Source: Felis catus | Lineage: Eukaryota | Assembly: GCF_018350175.1 (NCBI RefSeq) | Contig: NC_058368.1 | Location: 145,268,001 to 145,332,000, forward strand | Reading direction: 5' to 3' | DNA: 64,000 nt | Shown here: positions 48,893 through 62,065 of the stretch, one piece after another | Position numbering within the stretch: the first letter of the stretch is position 1 | Layout of the letters: each line of letters opens with the position of its first letter | Position numbers and translations under genes: made by a program | Notes under the pieces: model-generated | The model's database searches: none | What the model was told of the DNA's origin: nothing | What the model saw: the letters and a program-made list of their open reading frames with translations, nothing else

Positions 48893-50604
48893 CATATAAA
48901 TGTCATATCCAGGAGCAAATAAACCCAGAAGAAATGGAGCCCGCTGAGTGGATGAAGGTAGTATGTTTTTCCTCTTGAAGCTATGTTTGAGAATTGGGTA
49001 TCACCAGCTGAGGCAAACAGTGGGGGCCTGGGTGGGTATTCATGTAAGAAGGTCTCCTAAGTCATCCCAGATGGGGGTCTGAAAGGGGAAACCAAATAAA
49101 GAACCAGAGGGTTTATTTAAAGAGAAGCCAGTCTGAAGAACTGATATCCAAGATCAGAACAGTGGGTGATCAAAAGTGGGACAGAAAGATCTGGTACCCC
49201 AGTAACGGATTTCAGGATGCCACTGCTGCTGTCTTAGCTGGCTTGCACGATCACTGCAAAACACGCAGTGACCTTCAACATGAATGGCACATAAGTCTGT
49301 GCCTCGCTGTAAAGCAAGGCACAAAAATGCTCAGCTTTGAGCTTTTTGTGCTGTTCTTTAGGCCATTTCTCCCCCAAAGCACGACTTATCAATACCTGCA
49401 TGCCACAGGATGAATGCTCGTGGAGGTCAGGATCTGAAATCTTTTAAGTAATCATGAGGCATATGGAAGAAGCAGTATCATCACTGTCCAGGTGATGCTT
49501 TGTTGGATGTTTCCCTTTCACCATGTCCCTGCAGCACAGTTTCCTGCCTTGGACGTTCCTGGCCCAACTGTGGTCTTGGGCGGAAGCCAAGCAGCTGAGG
49601 GTGAGTCTAGGTAAGATGGAAGGTGATGTTGCTCATGGGAAAACAGGTGGCTAATGTTGTTCAGTTCATCCTGGCTCTTCTACCTGGGTAATTTTCCATT
49701 TTTTATCAAATTTCAATATCTGATATTTCAATATCTGGGATGGCTTTTTTAGGTCTCAAACAGTAGCTCAAAAGGTCAGAAAGTGATGTCATGATGAGGA
49801 ATTATATTAGAAGCAACACATGCATGATTTATGCTTATGAGAAAATGTTGGTGTATATATAGATACACAGACAACTGTGTATACTTCAGGTCACCAAAGC
49901 TTAAAAAAGACAGTACAGATAAAACAAAAGAATATCCTTGTAAGGATAATGAAAATGACCAAAAGGCAACGGTGGTTTTTATTACAAGAATAGACTGAAA
50001 AGATTACGGCTCTTCTTTCTGCAAGGGGCTCACTGCAGCCTGTAAATCAAGAAGCAATGGGAAGGCTAGGGCAAGTACTATTTTGTCCCTCGTGTCCCGT
50101 GGCATGGCCACTAAGAGTGCTACTTAGAGCTTGACAAAGCTCCTCTCAGCACACAGAAAAGTAGGTGAAAATGTACACATTAAGTAATAAACAATACCTG
50201 TATTGTTTCATGGGTTGTATAGAGTTAGAACATAAATATGTTTGATGAGAGTTTATAAACATTGATCAATGATCCATAATGGACAAATTAGGGATACTCT
50301 TGATATTGACTTTTAGGATCAGAGAGAGAGATAAATCTGACATTTTGGGTTGAGCAGATCAGACATATGACCTAGTATGGCATTTTCTACATCATTTTGA
50401 GGCACCTCTTTTTATCTCTGACTTGAAGTTGTGACCTTTCTTCTGTATTTTCATTCTCACATTTTGATTCTAAAACAGAAAAGCAGTTAGGAACTGGTGT
50501 GCTGGCTCTTTTCTTTTATAGTAAAATGGTTTAAAATATATATAGTACTTTATGTCATTATGATTTGTTGAAGGAAGATGAGGCCACTGAAATGTAAGTG
50601 AAAA

Positions 50605-50765
50605 GCTGTGTTTAAATGTGAGGATTGCCTGATGGGAGTTTGTTTAAAATGCTGATTCCAAGGCCCTTCTTAGTAGTCTGAAGTGAGATCCAGAAATCTT
50701 TAAGTCCGTTCCTGAAGGATTCTAATGCAGTTAGTCCTAAGATCATGGTTTAAGAAACATTGATA
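50605..50765. mobile_element. MER5-type MITE
   Basis: tttaaaatgctgattcc...gattctaatgcag...tttaagaaacattg. Confidence 0.6.
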
Positions 50766-50884
50766 AAAGAGGATTTCTTTAGCATTGTTTCTTGCCTATA
50801 GTGCCTTAGCGAGAATTGGATAAAGGCAGCCCTCCCTCAAACATTTGATTTCCATCTGCTGGAAATTAAATATACAAATCTTCA

Positions 50885-50945
50885 GAGGTGAACAGCGCTC
50901 CAGAGCTGTGCAGTGCACAGCCTGCACACATGTATGTGGCCTTGT
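50885..50945. mobile_element. MER91A-like half element
   Basis: gagctgtgcagtgcacagcctgcaca. Confidence 0.55.
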
Positions 50946-51971
50946 TTTCTTTCAAGCTTTCAGTTTAAAGCTTAAGCATCCTTTGTGCACAGGAAGCAAC
51001 AGAGAGCGAGTGCATCTGTTCCTGGCAGGAGGCCCTGGCAAGACGCTTCTTACTCCCTTTTCACCCTTGTTATCATAATTGACTTCCAACCAAAGCGTGG
51101 GCATGAGGAGAGATACCTCGACAAGGCAAGGGATAGAGGAACAGAGAGGTAGTTTTAGGTTTTTAATGAAAAAAAATTAATCTATAAATAGTAATCATTT
51201 ATATTAATAATTTAAAAACAGTAGCAAGATTGCAGGTATAGTATTTATTTTTAAAGTAATAACAATAATAAACCTCAAGTCTGAGTCTCAAAAGAAGTTG
51301 CCACCTTTACTTGACATTTTGGAATATTTATCGTTTTATGCTTCAGTTTTCCATCTGCGAAGTGGCAACTTTCAGTAAAGTTTCAGATACCTTACATTAA
51401 AGGTTGTGTACAAACAGCTAGCAGTTTACATCTCTAGACCCAAATATCTTTTCTGCAACGCAAGTTTCATCACTATCTGGTCCACTTTCTTTTGATCAGG
51501 CTTATTTCCTTCTCCCACTTTTTTGTGTTTTCTTCGTTTCTCACTAGTGACATATTACAAATCATGTGGCAGTTTCCAAGCACTGTCACTCATTTCATCC
51601 ACTTTTCTTTATCACTTCTGTTGTTACCTTAGCCATCTGCCATAATCCTATGCTTAGATTACTGGGATCAGCAGTTCTTGGGTCTCTGCCTCCAGTTTCT
51701 TCTTCTAATCTATTCTGGACATCACAGACAAAACAATTTCCTAAAATAACTTTTTCAGACCGTCTTTTCCTTGTTCAAGAAGTAAGTGACCCAATCAATT
51801 GACCTCTACCTTACCTGTCCAGCTTCCCTCTCGCTGCCTCCTGTTGAGTTCAGCAACATCTGCCACGTAAGTGATTTTATCACTAGCTCAGTTCCTTTGC
51901 TCAAATGCTCTTCCTGTGAAGACACCTTAGGGCAAAGAGTTTTTCATATATGTATTTAAATACCCACTCTA

Positions 51972-52120
51972 ATAGTGGTTGCCTAACTTGGCTATGCATC
52001 AGAATCATTGAGAGAGATTTTCAATAGCACAATACTGTTCACCAGCCCTGGGGGTTCTAACTGGGTGGGTCTGAATGTGGTCTGGGCCCACAGACGGTTT
52101 AAAACGTCACAGGTGACTCT
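51972..52120. mobile_element. MER5-type MITE
   Basis: tagtggttgcctaacttggctatgcatcagaatca...caggtgactct. Confidence 0.65.
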
Positions 52121-52189
52121 GGTTGGCAGTTTCACTCAGTGCTGGATATGTAGCAGGTGTTCAGTAATTACTGGAGGAGTGAACACGTT

Positions 52190-52552
52190 ATTCCTTTCCT
52201 TGAAATCTACTGATGCCTCCTCATATCTCTTAGGATAAATATCAGCCCTTAGTTTAGCACACAAGACTCTTCATGATATGTCTCTTGCCCATCACTCTCT
52301 TGCTTCATCTTTCACCATTTCTCAACATCAGCTTTCGTTGCAATCATACTGAATACACCTTCCCCTAAATTCCCATAGTGTTTCATTTGTACTTATTATG
52401 TGATAGTACTTATCTTCCATGTCGGTGCCTGTGCCCACACCTGAGCTCTCCTACTAGACTGTAAGCCCGTTGAGGACAGGTCTCTCTCCAATGCATCTTT
52501 GCCCCTCCTCCAGTGCTAGCACAAAGCACATATGTATTTGTGGCCTAAATGG
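52190..52552 (+). mobile_element. L2 3' end
   Basis: ctactagactgtaagcccgttgaggacagg...cagtgctagcaca. Confidence 0.7.
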
Positions 52553-52929
52553 ATACATATTACTGATATTGTCACCAATATATAGTTGTATGAATAAATA
52601 TATTTCTTTTCCTTTCATTGCTCATTTTAGATCAAAACTTTACTGTGGAATGCAAATATTCTTTACACCTTTTTAAAAATGCCCCTTCAGATGGGAGTGT
52701 TGACATGATTTTTAGCTCATAGTTTGTGTGTGAAACAGTAAGTGAAACTAATGCACAAAATCCTTTCATTAAAATTGCCATTGTTGAGGATATAACTGAG
52801 AGTGAAAAAATGAGGACCCATATGCATTTCAAAGTATAATTATACTCATGGCAAGCATGCAGAAAACATTATGTATGTGTATTTCCATTTAAATTTAGGG
52901 TAAGTTGTTCAAATTTGCTTGACACCTAG

Positions 52930-53133
52930 AATGGTGTTTCTCAAAGTGTCCTCTAGGGACTACCTAAGTCAGTATTCCCTGGGGTGTATTTTAAATGTAA
53001 ACTTAAATGTCTGGCCACACCCTCAAAACCTCCCTGGTGAAAATCTCCAGAGAATGGAAACCCAGAATCTGTATTTTTAACAAACTTCACATGTGATTCT
53101 TAACGCCCGAAAAGTTTGATACGCACCTGTCTA
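52930..53133. mobile_element. MER5-type MITE
   Basis: gtgtttctcaaagtgt...cagaatctgtatttttaacaa...gtgattctta. Confidence 0.7.
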
Positions 53134-53632
53134 GAATTAAAATAAATGTTCCATTGCATTAATTTAGTATAGATAATGGCCTGATTTTAGAGCATATTCT
53201 TATTAATGAGAACTACTTAGGTGAAGATGTCTTAAATTAAGGGCTAGTTTGAATACAAGATAAAAGAACAAGATAAAAATCTCTTTGGTATTCATTAGCA
53301 TGACATCTACAGCAAGGATTTTATGCTTCTCTTGAAATTTCTGAGGTACTTTCTCAGCAAGAAAATTTTTAGAAAGGTCCCATGGAACATACAGATATTT
53401 CAGCCGTCTTTCTGCAGAATTTAAAATTTTCAAAATATCCTCTCAGGGATGGGAAAGTTACCACTCTTGAACCTTTGACCGTGTTGCTGACTTCTTCAGT
53501 AATGATGTGTCACTGTTAAGGCATCAGGACCCAATCTACATTATGTGGCGTCACACCAGCAACAAAGGAAGGCAGTAAAAGGCCCACTAAAGTGGTTTTA
53601 TAAACTTTTTCTCCAGAATTCCCATTAAGGGT

Positions 53633-54050
53633 TGTGTTAGTCTGCTCTGACTGCCATAATGAAATACCACAGACTGTGGTATTTCACAGTCTGGTTTAAA
53701 CAACAGACATTTATTTTCTCCCTGTTCTGAAAGCTTGTCCATAATCAAGGTGTTGGCAAATTCAGTTTCTGGTGAGGACTCTCTTCCTGGCTTGTGGATT
53801 GAAACTTTCTCACTGTATCTTCACATGGCCTTTCTTCTGTGCTCACTTGAGGATCATGGTGGGAAGAGAGAGGTCTGGTCTAGTGTCCCATCCCCTTCTT
53901 TTGAGGACACCAGTCCTATCTGATTAGGGCCCATCCTTATGACCTCATTTAACCTTAATTACCCCACAAAGGCCTTATCTTCAAATACAGTCACGCCATG
54001 GGTAAGGGTTTCAACATTTGAATGGAGCCGGACATAATTCAGTCTATACA
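53633..54050 (-). mobile_element. MLT1A-type MaLR solo LTR
   Basis: TG...CA ends; perfect 5-bp TSD agggt (53628-53632, 54051-54055). Confidence 0.9.
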
Positions 54051-54584
54051 AGGGTGCTTTCAGTGCCATTGACTTTTCAGTCCCCCAGCTTTGGGAAGCA
54101 CAAATAAATTCTATTAATTTCTGCAGAAGTTTTCTTTCAAATTGGGCCAAATAATATGAGTTCTTAGTGGCCATAAGGTCTTATTGGGATCATCTCTAGT
54201 TTTATCTAATTTAACTTTTTATGCTAGCTCATGTAGCTGAAGCCACGATATGAAAAGGTCCTGTTTTGTAGGCTTCATCATGGTGAGCCTTCTTTTGAAT
54301 TCAATGAGATAACATTGATCTTATCTAAGGCGCAAGTTACTGTTTATCTGTCTCAGAGAATACTGAGCAGTGACATTTGCTTATGAGAATAACCCCGTGG
54401 AAGTGGTATTAGTGGACATTTTATCTAAACACCAAAGGGCCAGCTCTAAGTTATTATCTCCATACAGTAAATACAGCTATGTCAAAAGCAGTGTTATCCA
54501 ATGGAATTATAATGCAAGCTATAATGTAATTTACAGTTTTCTAGTGATCACACTTAAAAATGAAAAAGAAACAAGTTAAATTAT

Positions 54585-54802
54585 TAAAAAATTTTTTAAC
54601 ATTTATTCATTTTTTTGAGAGACAGAGAGAGACAATGTGAGAGAGGGAAGGACAGAGAGAGAGGGAGACACAGAATCCGAAGCAGGCTCCATGCTCTGAG
54701 CTGTCAACACAGAGCCTGACGTGGGGCTTGAACTCACAAACTCTGAGATCATGATCTGAACCAAAGTTGGATCCCCTACCGACTGAGCCAACCAGCTGTC
54801 CC
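54585..54802 (-). mobile_element. Can-SINE
   Basis: Full body; short TSD taaatta. Confidence 0.94.
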
Positions 54803-54899
54803 TAAATTACTTTAATATACTTTACTTAAATTAAAATATTTATTTCAACATGTGATAAATATTTTAAAATATTGATGACATATTTTACCTTGTTTATTT

Positions 54900-55117
54900 T
54901 TTTTTTAATTTTTTTTAACATTTTATTTATTTTTGAGACAGGGAGAGACAGAGCATGAACAGGGAGGGTCAGAGAGAGGGAGACACAGAATCTGAAACAG
55001 GCTCCAGGCTCTGAGCTGTCAGCACAGAGCCCGACGCAGGGCTTGAACTCACGGACCGCGAGATCATGACCTGAGCCGAAGTCGGCCGCTCAACCGATTG
55101 AGCCACCCAGGCGCCCC
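54900..55117 (-). mobile_element. Can-SINE (SINEC_Fc), young
   Basis: TSD accttgtttattttt/acattgtttattttt. Confidence 0.96.
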
Positions 55118-56489
55118 GACATTGTTTATTTTTAATAGGTCTTCGAAATATGGCATATATTTTACACTTACAGCACATCTCAAATCAGACTTGCCACCTT
55201 TCCGATGCTCAAATGCTACATGTGGCTGGTGGCTAGTGTATTAGATAGCACAGGTCTAAAATATTCATATCTTACTGTAAGTCCCAGTTTCAGAGGGAAG
55301 AGAAATCCAGGATGTAGATTTTTTTTTATCATATTAAATACATCCATACATTTTCACATAGCAGGAAACTACTTCTGTTATGTTTTTTCTCCCTGTGGTA
55401 GTAAGCATCTCTTAGATGTCATCATTATGCCTTAAGTTCCTCCTGACAATTAGTTAGTTAGATGTCTTTTTTGATAGGAATCATTTGTTTTTCCACAGTG
55501 ATGCAGAACTGCTGCCATCTGCCATTACAGGACAAGGTGATAAGGCATATGCTAATTAGAGGAGCCATGTTTTTCAACCCTAGCCCTTCACTGTCCAAAG
55601 AATTAGTACAGCTTCCAAAAATATCTAATGACTTGGTGGGAGCTTCGGTACCAGGAGATAATGGCTCTTTATAATCAGGTATGTATTTGATTTAAATTGC
55701 TTTGAAGTTTTATTCATTTTCTGAATAATAAAATTCACCATCTTTCATTACTCTTTGGGAGCAATGTAGGCTTTTCTTTATTTGACTTCGACTCCCATTG
55801 TCCTAAGTCAGATTTTTAAATGTCAAATTTCAAAATGTAGCATGGTTGATATTAAGATTGGTGAGATTCTTTAAGAGAAGACACTACAACTGGACTCCTT
55901 GGCCATCTGTTTTAGATGGAAACATGTCAGTCTCATGCCCAAGAAGCTGCCTCTACTTCCTCTTTGTGTCTACCACAGCTTCTAGCATAGCACCCTGAAC
56001 ATAAGAGGTACTCCATAGATGTTTTATGAATGAATAAGAAAATGTTTTGTAGCTAGATGTCCCAGTTGAGCCTAAACTGGAGTGTGTACATCAATTTATT
56101 AAGTGATTGGAGTGCAGAGTAGAGAAGTTTTTTGTGTGTTTGGGGCCAGGGGCCAAAGCAACAATGAGGGTATTGATGGCATCTGATCATCCAGACCTGC
56201 CCAGAGGCCAGGACTAATCCCTGTAGAATTCTCATTCTCCCCATTTCCACATCTAAAAGGCATGTAAGGAGCTTGGCTCCAATATAGGGAGGATTGAAGG
56301 TGTTACTGTGACACCTTGAAGGCTTTGCTGAAGGAGATGGCACTCTAGGCAGGTCACCTTCTTTCCCAAGGAGCAAAAGAAGCATCCCAGTGCAGGTTGT
56401 GGGACCCACAGGAGTTTGCAGACATGGTGATTGTACAGAGAAGATTGGATGTAAAAGTAGGAGAGCACAGGCTCTTGAATATACTGTAA

Positions 56490-56525
56490 ACACCACCACC
56501 ACCACCACCCCCCACTACCACCCCA
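56490..56525. repeat. (CAC)n
   Basis: Directly visible. Confidence 0.85.
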
Positions 56526-57239
56526 GGGGCTATCAGAAGGACTTCAGGCAGAGGGAGGTATTGGCAAGGTGTTGAGGTCCCACAGTTATAAAAGGCACAT
56601 AGATGACGCCTGGGACATTTGGTTTACATTTCCAAAAAATTTCAGGAGCTAAGCTAATGCTTAATACTCAAAACAACCACCTCTCTCTACTTGCATTCAT
56701 ATCCTGAATTCCTCTTCCCTTCTCTTTTTCTAATCATATAGACATTAAATAATTCATCACATAATTCATACTATGCCAGGTATTAAAAGGGGGATCAGAT
56801 TATAATTTTTTTAAAAACCCTAACAGTCATGACAACTTTTATTAGAGGCTAGTAGTTGTTGAGGAAACACTAAAAAGAAGGCTATTATTTTGAATAAAAG
56901 AAGCCTTTTAGAAGGATTGGCTATATATGGCTTGGTAAGTATATAATTAAAGATCCAGGGAATTGTATAATTTTATTAAAGTCTAACTATAGATCAAACG
57001 ACTTAAACTTTTAGAATGTCAAACATTGATTATCACAAATGAGGGAGTTCATTGAACATCATATAATGCCTTTATAAAATGTGGAGCAAGAGATTTCAGG
57101 AATGTATACCTGAACAAATAGGCTGGCAACTATTGAATTCTAAAAGGAGTTCAATTTTAGCACTAATGATATATTGAGCTGCTTGAATAACAAAGTTCCA
57201 TAATACACATCAGAAGAGCTATTAACTTACATCAATAAA

Positions 57240-57250
57240 ACACACACACA

Positions 57251-57288
<38 letters not shown>
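57240..57288. repeat. (CA)n
   Basis: Directly visible. Confidence 0.95.
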
Positions 57289-57290
<2 letters not shown>

Positions 57291-57824
57291 CACATTTATA
57301 TTTTTTGTGGTGGAACTGAATATGGCAAAACCCAAATTGAAGGTACATTTTTTCTAGTGAGGAATTGCCTTTGCTTCTGCCGGATGCCTTGGGGCATTAC
57401 TGAGCCAGAAGCATTTGGAACAAACTTTCCTAGACCACGCAAATTAATGTGCATACCAAACCCAGTATGGGCAGGTTTGTGCTTATGAATTCACCAGGTA
57501 AATCCCCCACCTCACTGCATGTTGAGGACTGTGCAAGACAGTTTTCCTTTAATGGTTCTTCTTCCCAACAGAGATTTTTTTTTCTCTCATCCTCTCACTG
57601 TAGCCTTTCCAAGATCTTGGCTAATGTTTGTAAAGGCCTCAATCCTGACTCTCCACCCCGTAGTTCGAGGTATCCTCTCCTGTCTCCTACATTACTATTC
57701 ACTGTGAAGGTTTAGTTTCCTTTTCTTGACAGATCTCTCAGATTAGCCAATGGTGATTTCCTTATCATTCTGGTTTCAGCTTTCTTTTCTCTTTTGGTTA
57801 CTTTGGATTTCCCTATTTTGTACA

Positions 57825-57858
57825 GTTGCTTCCTGGCCTTTTGGCTAAGATCAAGTGT
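57825..57858 (+). pseudogene. U2 snRNA 5'-fragment retropseudogene (nt 1-34)
   Basis: gttgcttcctggccttttggctaagatcaagtgt is 30/34 identical to the U2 5' end; diverged 20-bp TSD. Confidence 0.9.
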
Positions 57859-58014
57859 GAATTTCTCTATGTCGTACAAAGAGTCTCAAGGTGAACACCA
57901 ACAGTACTTGGCAAAGGCTTTCAGCAGGTATATAGGTCCCCAATCTCTTACTATCTGGTGAAGAGCCAAGGTTAGTCTGGGGTGTAGAAGGATACACTGT
58001 GGGGTAGACCTCCC

Positions 58015-58043
58015 TTTATTTATTTATTTATTGATTGATTTAT

Positions 58044-58076
<33 letters not shown>

Positions 58077-58163
58077 TAAACTCTTTGTCCATTGTGGAGC
58101 TTTAACTCACGACTCTGAGATCAAGAGTCACATGCTTTACTGATTGATCCATTGAGGCACTCC
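58015..58163 (-). mobile_element. Short old carnivore tRNA-SINE with long T tail
   Basis: ttagtaaactct...aactcacgactctgagatcaagagtcacatgct. Confidence 0.8.
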
Positions 58164-58454
58164 TAACCCTCCCTTTATGATAGTTGAGTGTGAGACTAGA
58201 CTTTCATGGGGTGGGAATGCAGGTATTGTCTTATTTTTTAGCTGGGTATAGACTCCTTGGTGGCAAGGTATTTCATCTCAGGCTTTTAAAACTATTATCA
58301 TATGGACTTCTATATAATATTCTTATTTTGTCCTGTCAGTCTACATTTTATCCCATTGTAGGTAATCTGTTTTTTCTCTGTGGTAACTCTGAATAGTTGC
58401 TCTTTGTCTTTGATGTTCTGAGATTTAACTATGATTCATCTGGTTATATTTCTT

Positions 58455-58692
58455 TTTCTTTCTTTTTTTTTTTAATTTTTTTAATGTTTATTTTTTTTTT
58501 TTTTTTGAGACAGAGAGAGACAGAGCATGAACGAAGGAGGGTCAGAGAGAGAGGGAGACACAGAATCTGAAGCAGGCTCCAGGCTCTGAGCTGTCAGCAC
58601 AGAGCCCGACGCGGGGCTTGAACTCACGGACTGAGAGATCATGAACTGAGCTGAAGTCGGCCGCTCAACCTACTGAGCCACCCAGGCGCCCC
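58455..58692 (-). mobile_element. Can-SINE (SINEC_Fc), young
   Basis: CpG-rich; reverse head cccaggcgcccc. Confidence 0.96.
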
Positions 58693-58852
58693 CTTTCTTT
58701 CTTTTTTTTTTTTCTTCAATCTTTCTTGGTGTTTGTGATCCCTGGATCTTAGATTCTTATTCCTCTATTCTTAAAACTCATATTCATAAATTATGGAAAA
58801 CTCACATTCACCTTCTCTTTATGTACTTCCTCTTTCCCACTCTTAATATTAT

Positions 58853-59045
58853 TTTTTTTTTAGTTTATTTATTTATTTTAAGGGAGATGGAGGAGGAGAG
58901 AGAGGGAGAGAGAGAGAATCCCTGGCAGATTCCACACTGTCAGCAGAGAGCCTGACACAGGGTCAAACCCACGAATGTTGAGATCATGACCTGAACCGAA
59001 ACCAAGAGTTGGATGCTTAACAGAACTGAGCCACCCAGGTGACCC
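58853..59045 (-). mobile_element. Can-SINE
   Basis: Flanked by cttaatat on both sides. Confidence 0.92.
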
Positions 59046-59121
59046 TTAATATCTTGGAATATCTTTCGTCTTGGAATTCCTGTGTTTGGTCCTTCTCATT
59101 TATTTCTTTATATCTGGTAAC

Positions 59122-59234
59122 TAGAGTGGCCAGGCACCCAGTTTGCTCACAACTGAGTGGTTTCTGAGGATGTGGAATTTTCAGTACTGAAACCAGGAAA
59201 GTCCCGGGGCACAACAGGATGGTTTGTCACCCTA
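59122..59234 (-). mobile_element. MER81 hAT-Blackjack MITE
   Basis: tagagtggcca...tgtcacccta TIRs; 8-bp TSD ctggtaac/ctcgtaac. Confidence 0.88.
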
Positions 59235-59489
59235 CTCGTAACTCCTCATACTTTCTGTCTCTATAGTAGCTGCATTCTCTGTAATTGTTTCATATCTTTC
59301 TTCTGGTTTACTAATTCTCTCTTTAGCCATCATTGTTAAAAATCGTAGTGAGTATTTCTTACTTCTTAAAATACTATTTTTCAAATCAACCTCTTCTTTT
59401 CTATAATTTCTCATTCCTGAAAATATGATTTGGATTTTTAATATCTTTAGTATCATATTTTTACAGATTCTTGGCCTTATTTTGTCTTT

Positions 59490-59578
59490 ACTGAATCAGA
59501 AACTCTGGGGATGGAGCCCAGTAATCTCTGTTTTAATAATCTGGGTAATTCTGATGCACCCTAACTGAGAACCATTGG
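59490..59578. mobile_element. MER5A fragment
   Basis: actgaatcagaaactctgggg...tgagaaccattg. Confidence 0.8.
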
Positions 59579-60774
59579 TATCAACTATTTCGGATTCAAT
59601 TTACTGCAAACACCAATGTTTTTTACGGTGTGGGGTGTTGTTTTCCATGTGACCATAGTAAGTTTTCATGCGTCGTAAAGCATTAACCCTCAAGCTTAAA
59701 TTTATTGCCTCTACAGCTAGGACAGGAATATTAGATTCCCTTTCAACTTCAACTTCCTATTATGCTGCAGTATGTAGTATTACTTCCCTTTAAAGATCTG
59801 GGTTGTTTTTTGTTTGTTTTTTAAAGAACCCCTGTCATTTAATTTAATGGCAAAGGAAAGAGTTTGGAAGTTAACCCTTCTTTTTTTTTTAAAAAAGATG
59901 AACACCATTACTCTTAATCTCTTTTGCATTTTTATTTAGTGAGCAGTAGTTGAATCTTTGGATCTTTTACAGCAGATCAAAGATATAACCCTGGATTTAT
60001 GACTTTGCTGTCATAAGTACTGACTAAAAGTAAGCTATATTCAAGTTGCATCTAAAGTTTAATAGTATCTTAACTAATTGTCAAGAGTGTTTCTTCAGGA
60101 ATTATCTCTCTATGTAAAATGTTTTGATGTTGTTCTTTCCTTTGGCGAACATATATTTATCTCCCTGGGCCAGGCACTGTGCTGGAAGCCCAAAATGCAG
60201 CTATGCCCAGGACCGGCATGGTCCCTGTCACCACAGCACTTAAAGGTTGGTGGAGAGACAGACAAGAGCACAGGTGGTTACAATACAGCATGATAAGTAT
60301 TATGATAGGTGAAATAAAGGGCACTATTGGAAGTGCTCTCAATAAAAATGCACCATAACTGCTGTCTGAGTGATTTATTGCTCTTGATTATAAAATACGC
60401 TCACAAGATAGAAGCTAACTCCTACTCATTCTTCAGGAGATAGCTCAAGTTGTCATGTCCTCACATCCTCCAGGGAGTCTTCCCTGCCACCCTTACCACC
60501 CTGTTCCCCACATTTGAGATTAGGGTCATTCCTACATTCTTCCATCAAATTCTGCATATATTTCTATTATAGTACTTTTCACATTACATTCCAAAGGTCT
60601 TTTCAAATGTCTGTCACTCTGCTCTACTCTAAGCTTTTGGAGGACAGGGGTCTCTTGTTTGTTTTTGCAATTCTAACACAATGCTAGTACCAGTATCCTT
60701 TGATACTCTTTTTATTGTATGATTTTGGGTTTGCCTTTCCACTATGGATCAACATCTTGAAAAAATGCACTTTT

Positions 60775-61001
60775 TATTTTTATATTTTTATTTAAAAAAA
60801 TTAATGTTTATTTTTGAGAGAGAGAAACAGACAGAGTGTGAGTGGGAGAAGGGCAGAGAGAGAGGGGGACACAGAATCCAAATCAGGCTCCAGGCTCTGA
60901 GCTGTCAGCCCAGAGCCTGACGCAGGGCTGGAACCCACAAACCTTGAGATCATGACCTGTGCTGAAGTCACACTTAACCAATTTGGCCACCCAGGAGCTC
61001 C
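60775..61001 (-). mobile_element. Can-SINE
   Basis: Full body. Confidence 0.95.
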
Positions 61002-61020
61002 AAAAAACGCATTAAAAAAA

Positions 61021-61230
61021 TTTTTTTTAACATTTATTTATTTTTGAAACAGAGAGAGACAGCATGAATGGGGGAGGGTCAGAGAGAGGGGGAGACATAG
61101 AATCTGAAACAGGCTCCAGGCTCTGAGCTGTCAGCACAGAGCCCGATGCGGGGCTCGAACTCACAGACCATGAGATCCTGACCTGAGCCGATGTCGGACA
61201 CTCAACTGACTGAGCCACCCAGGTGCCCCC
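61021..61230 (-). mobile_element. Can-SINE (SINEC_Fc)
   Basis: Tandem with the previous copy. Confidence 0.96.
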
Positions 61231-61579
61231 AAAATGCATTTTTTAAAATTAATTGTTTTACTACTAAGAACATGAACTCATTATAATCCCCTCCCCCTCA
61301 GTAGTGATGCCTCTATAGAAAATGTACTGTAATATTACCTCAAAATCAGGCTCAGTAGTTGTCTCTATGGAGAACAAATTAATTTCTGAGGGTCAGGGGA
61401 GGCAATAATCAGATATTGTCTGGTAGATCATCCCTACTTCCCTTGAAAAATATGGCATACTGACAATTTGTAGCAGTGATGCCCACAGCATCTTTTTGGG
61501 GAAGTACGGGGGCAAAAGTATATGTTGAATGGTCAAAGTTGTGGATTGAAGTGAGTATTTACAATTCCTTTGGGCATGG

Positions 61580-62065
61580 GGCATCTAGACTCTCTTCCGA
61601 TTTGAGGGAAATTCCCCTCTGTGGGTCTTGGTGAGCATTAGGGCCCTGACTTGCTCTCTAAAAGCCCAATTAGTGAGATCTCCCTTCTTCCCAACCCCAG
61701 CAGAGAGGGCATGATCATGAAACTTGGGTTTGGCCAAGCAGATTTGGGAATTTGAATCTCAAGTGAATCATTTAAATGGGTAAGGATGGTTCAAGTATGT
61801 TCCCAGTGGCCAATGGTTCTGGCATGGTATCTAGTAGTGTCTACCTATGGTGGGGTTAGCAGAAGTATCCTAACCAAAGTTGCATGTGACCTTGTGGTTC
61901 TTACTATCTGATTGCCCTTGTTAGTTCCTGCTTGTTTCCCCCCCCCCCCCCCCAGCCTGGTTCTTGAGTCCTCCTGTTGATTCTATGAGCTGCTTAATAT
62001 TCTGCCCATAAGTTCCTGCTAAAATTAGCCAGTCAGTTTCTATTGCTTGTGATCAAGAGCTTCTT
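61580..62065 (+). mobile_element. LTR16-type ERVL LTR
   Basis: tttgagggaaattcccc...aaattagccagtcagtttctattgcttgtgatcaagag. Confidence 0.6.

Larger units (their letters stand above)
54489..55252. mobile_element. MER33 hAT-Charlie element hosting two SINEs
   Basis: gcagtgttatccaatggaatt...cacttacagcacatctcaa...acatgtggctggtggct...tagcacag. Confidence 0.8.
58200..59455 (-). mobile_element. Very old L1M fragment hosting SINEs and MER81
   Basis: ttagctgggtatagactccttgg; tctttgatgttctgagatttaactatg. Confidence 0.5.

Noticed and set aside
56053..56508. Longest ORF (151 aa)
   Set aside because: Starts in a (GTG)n repeat, no recognisable domain or codon bias
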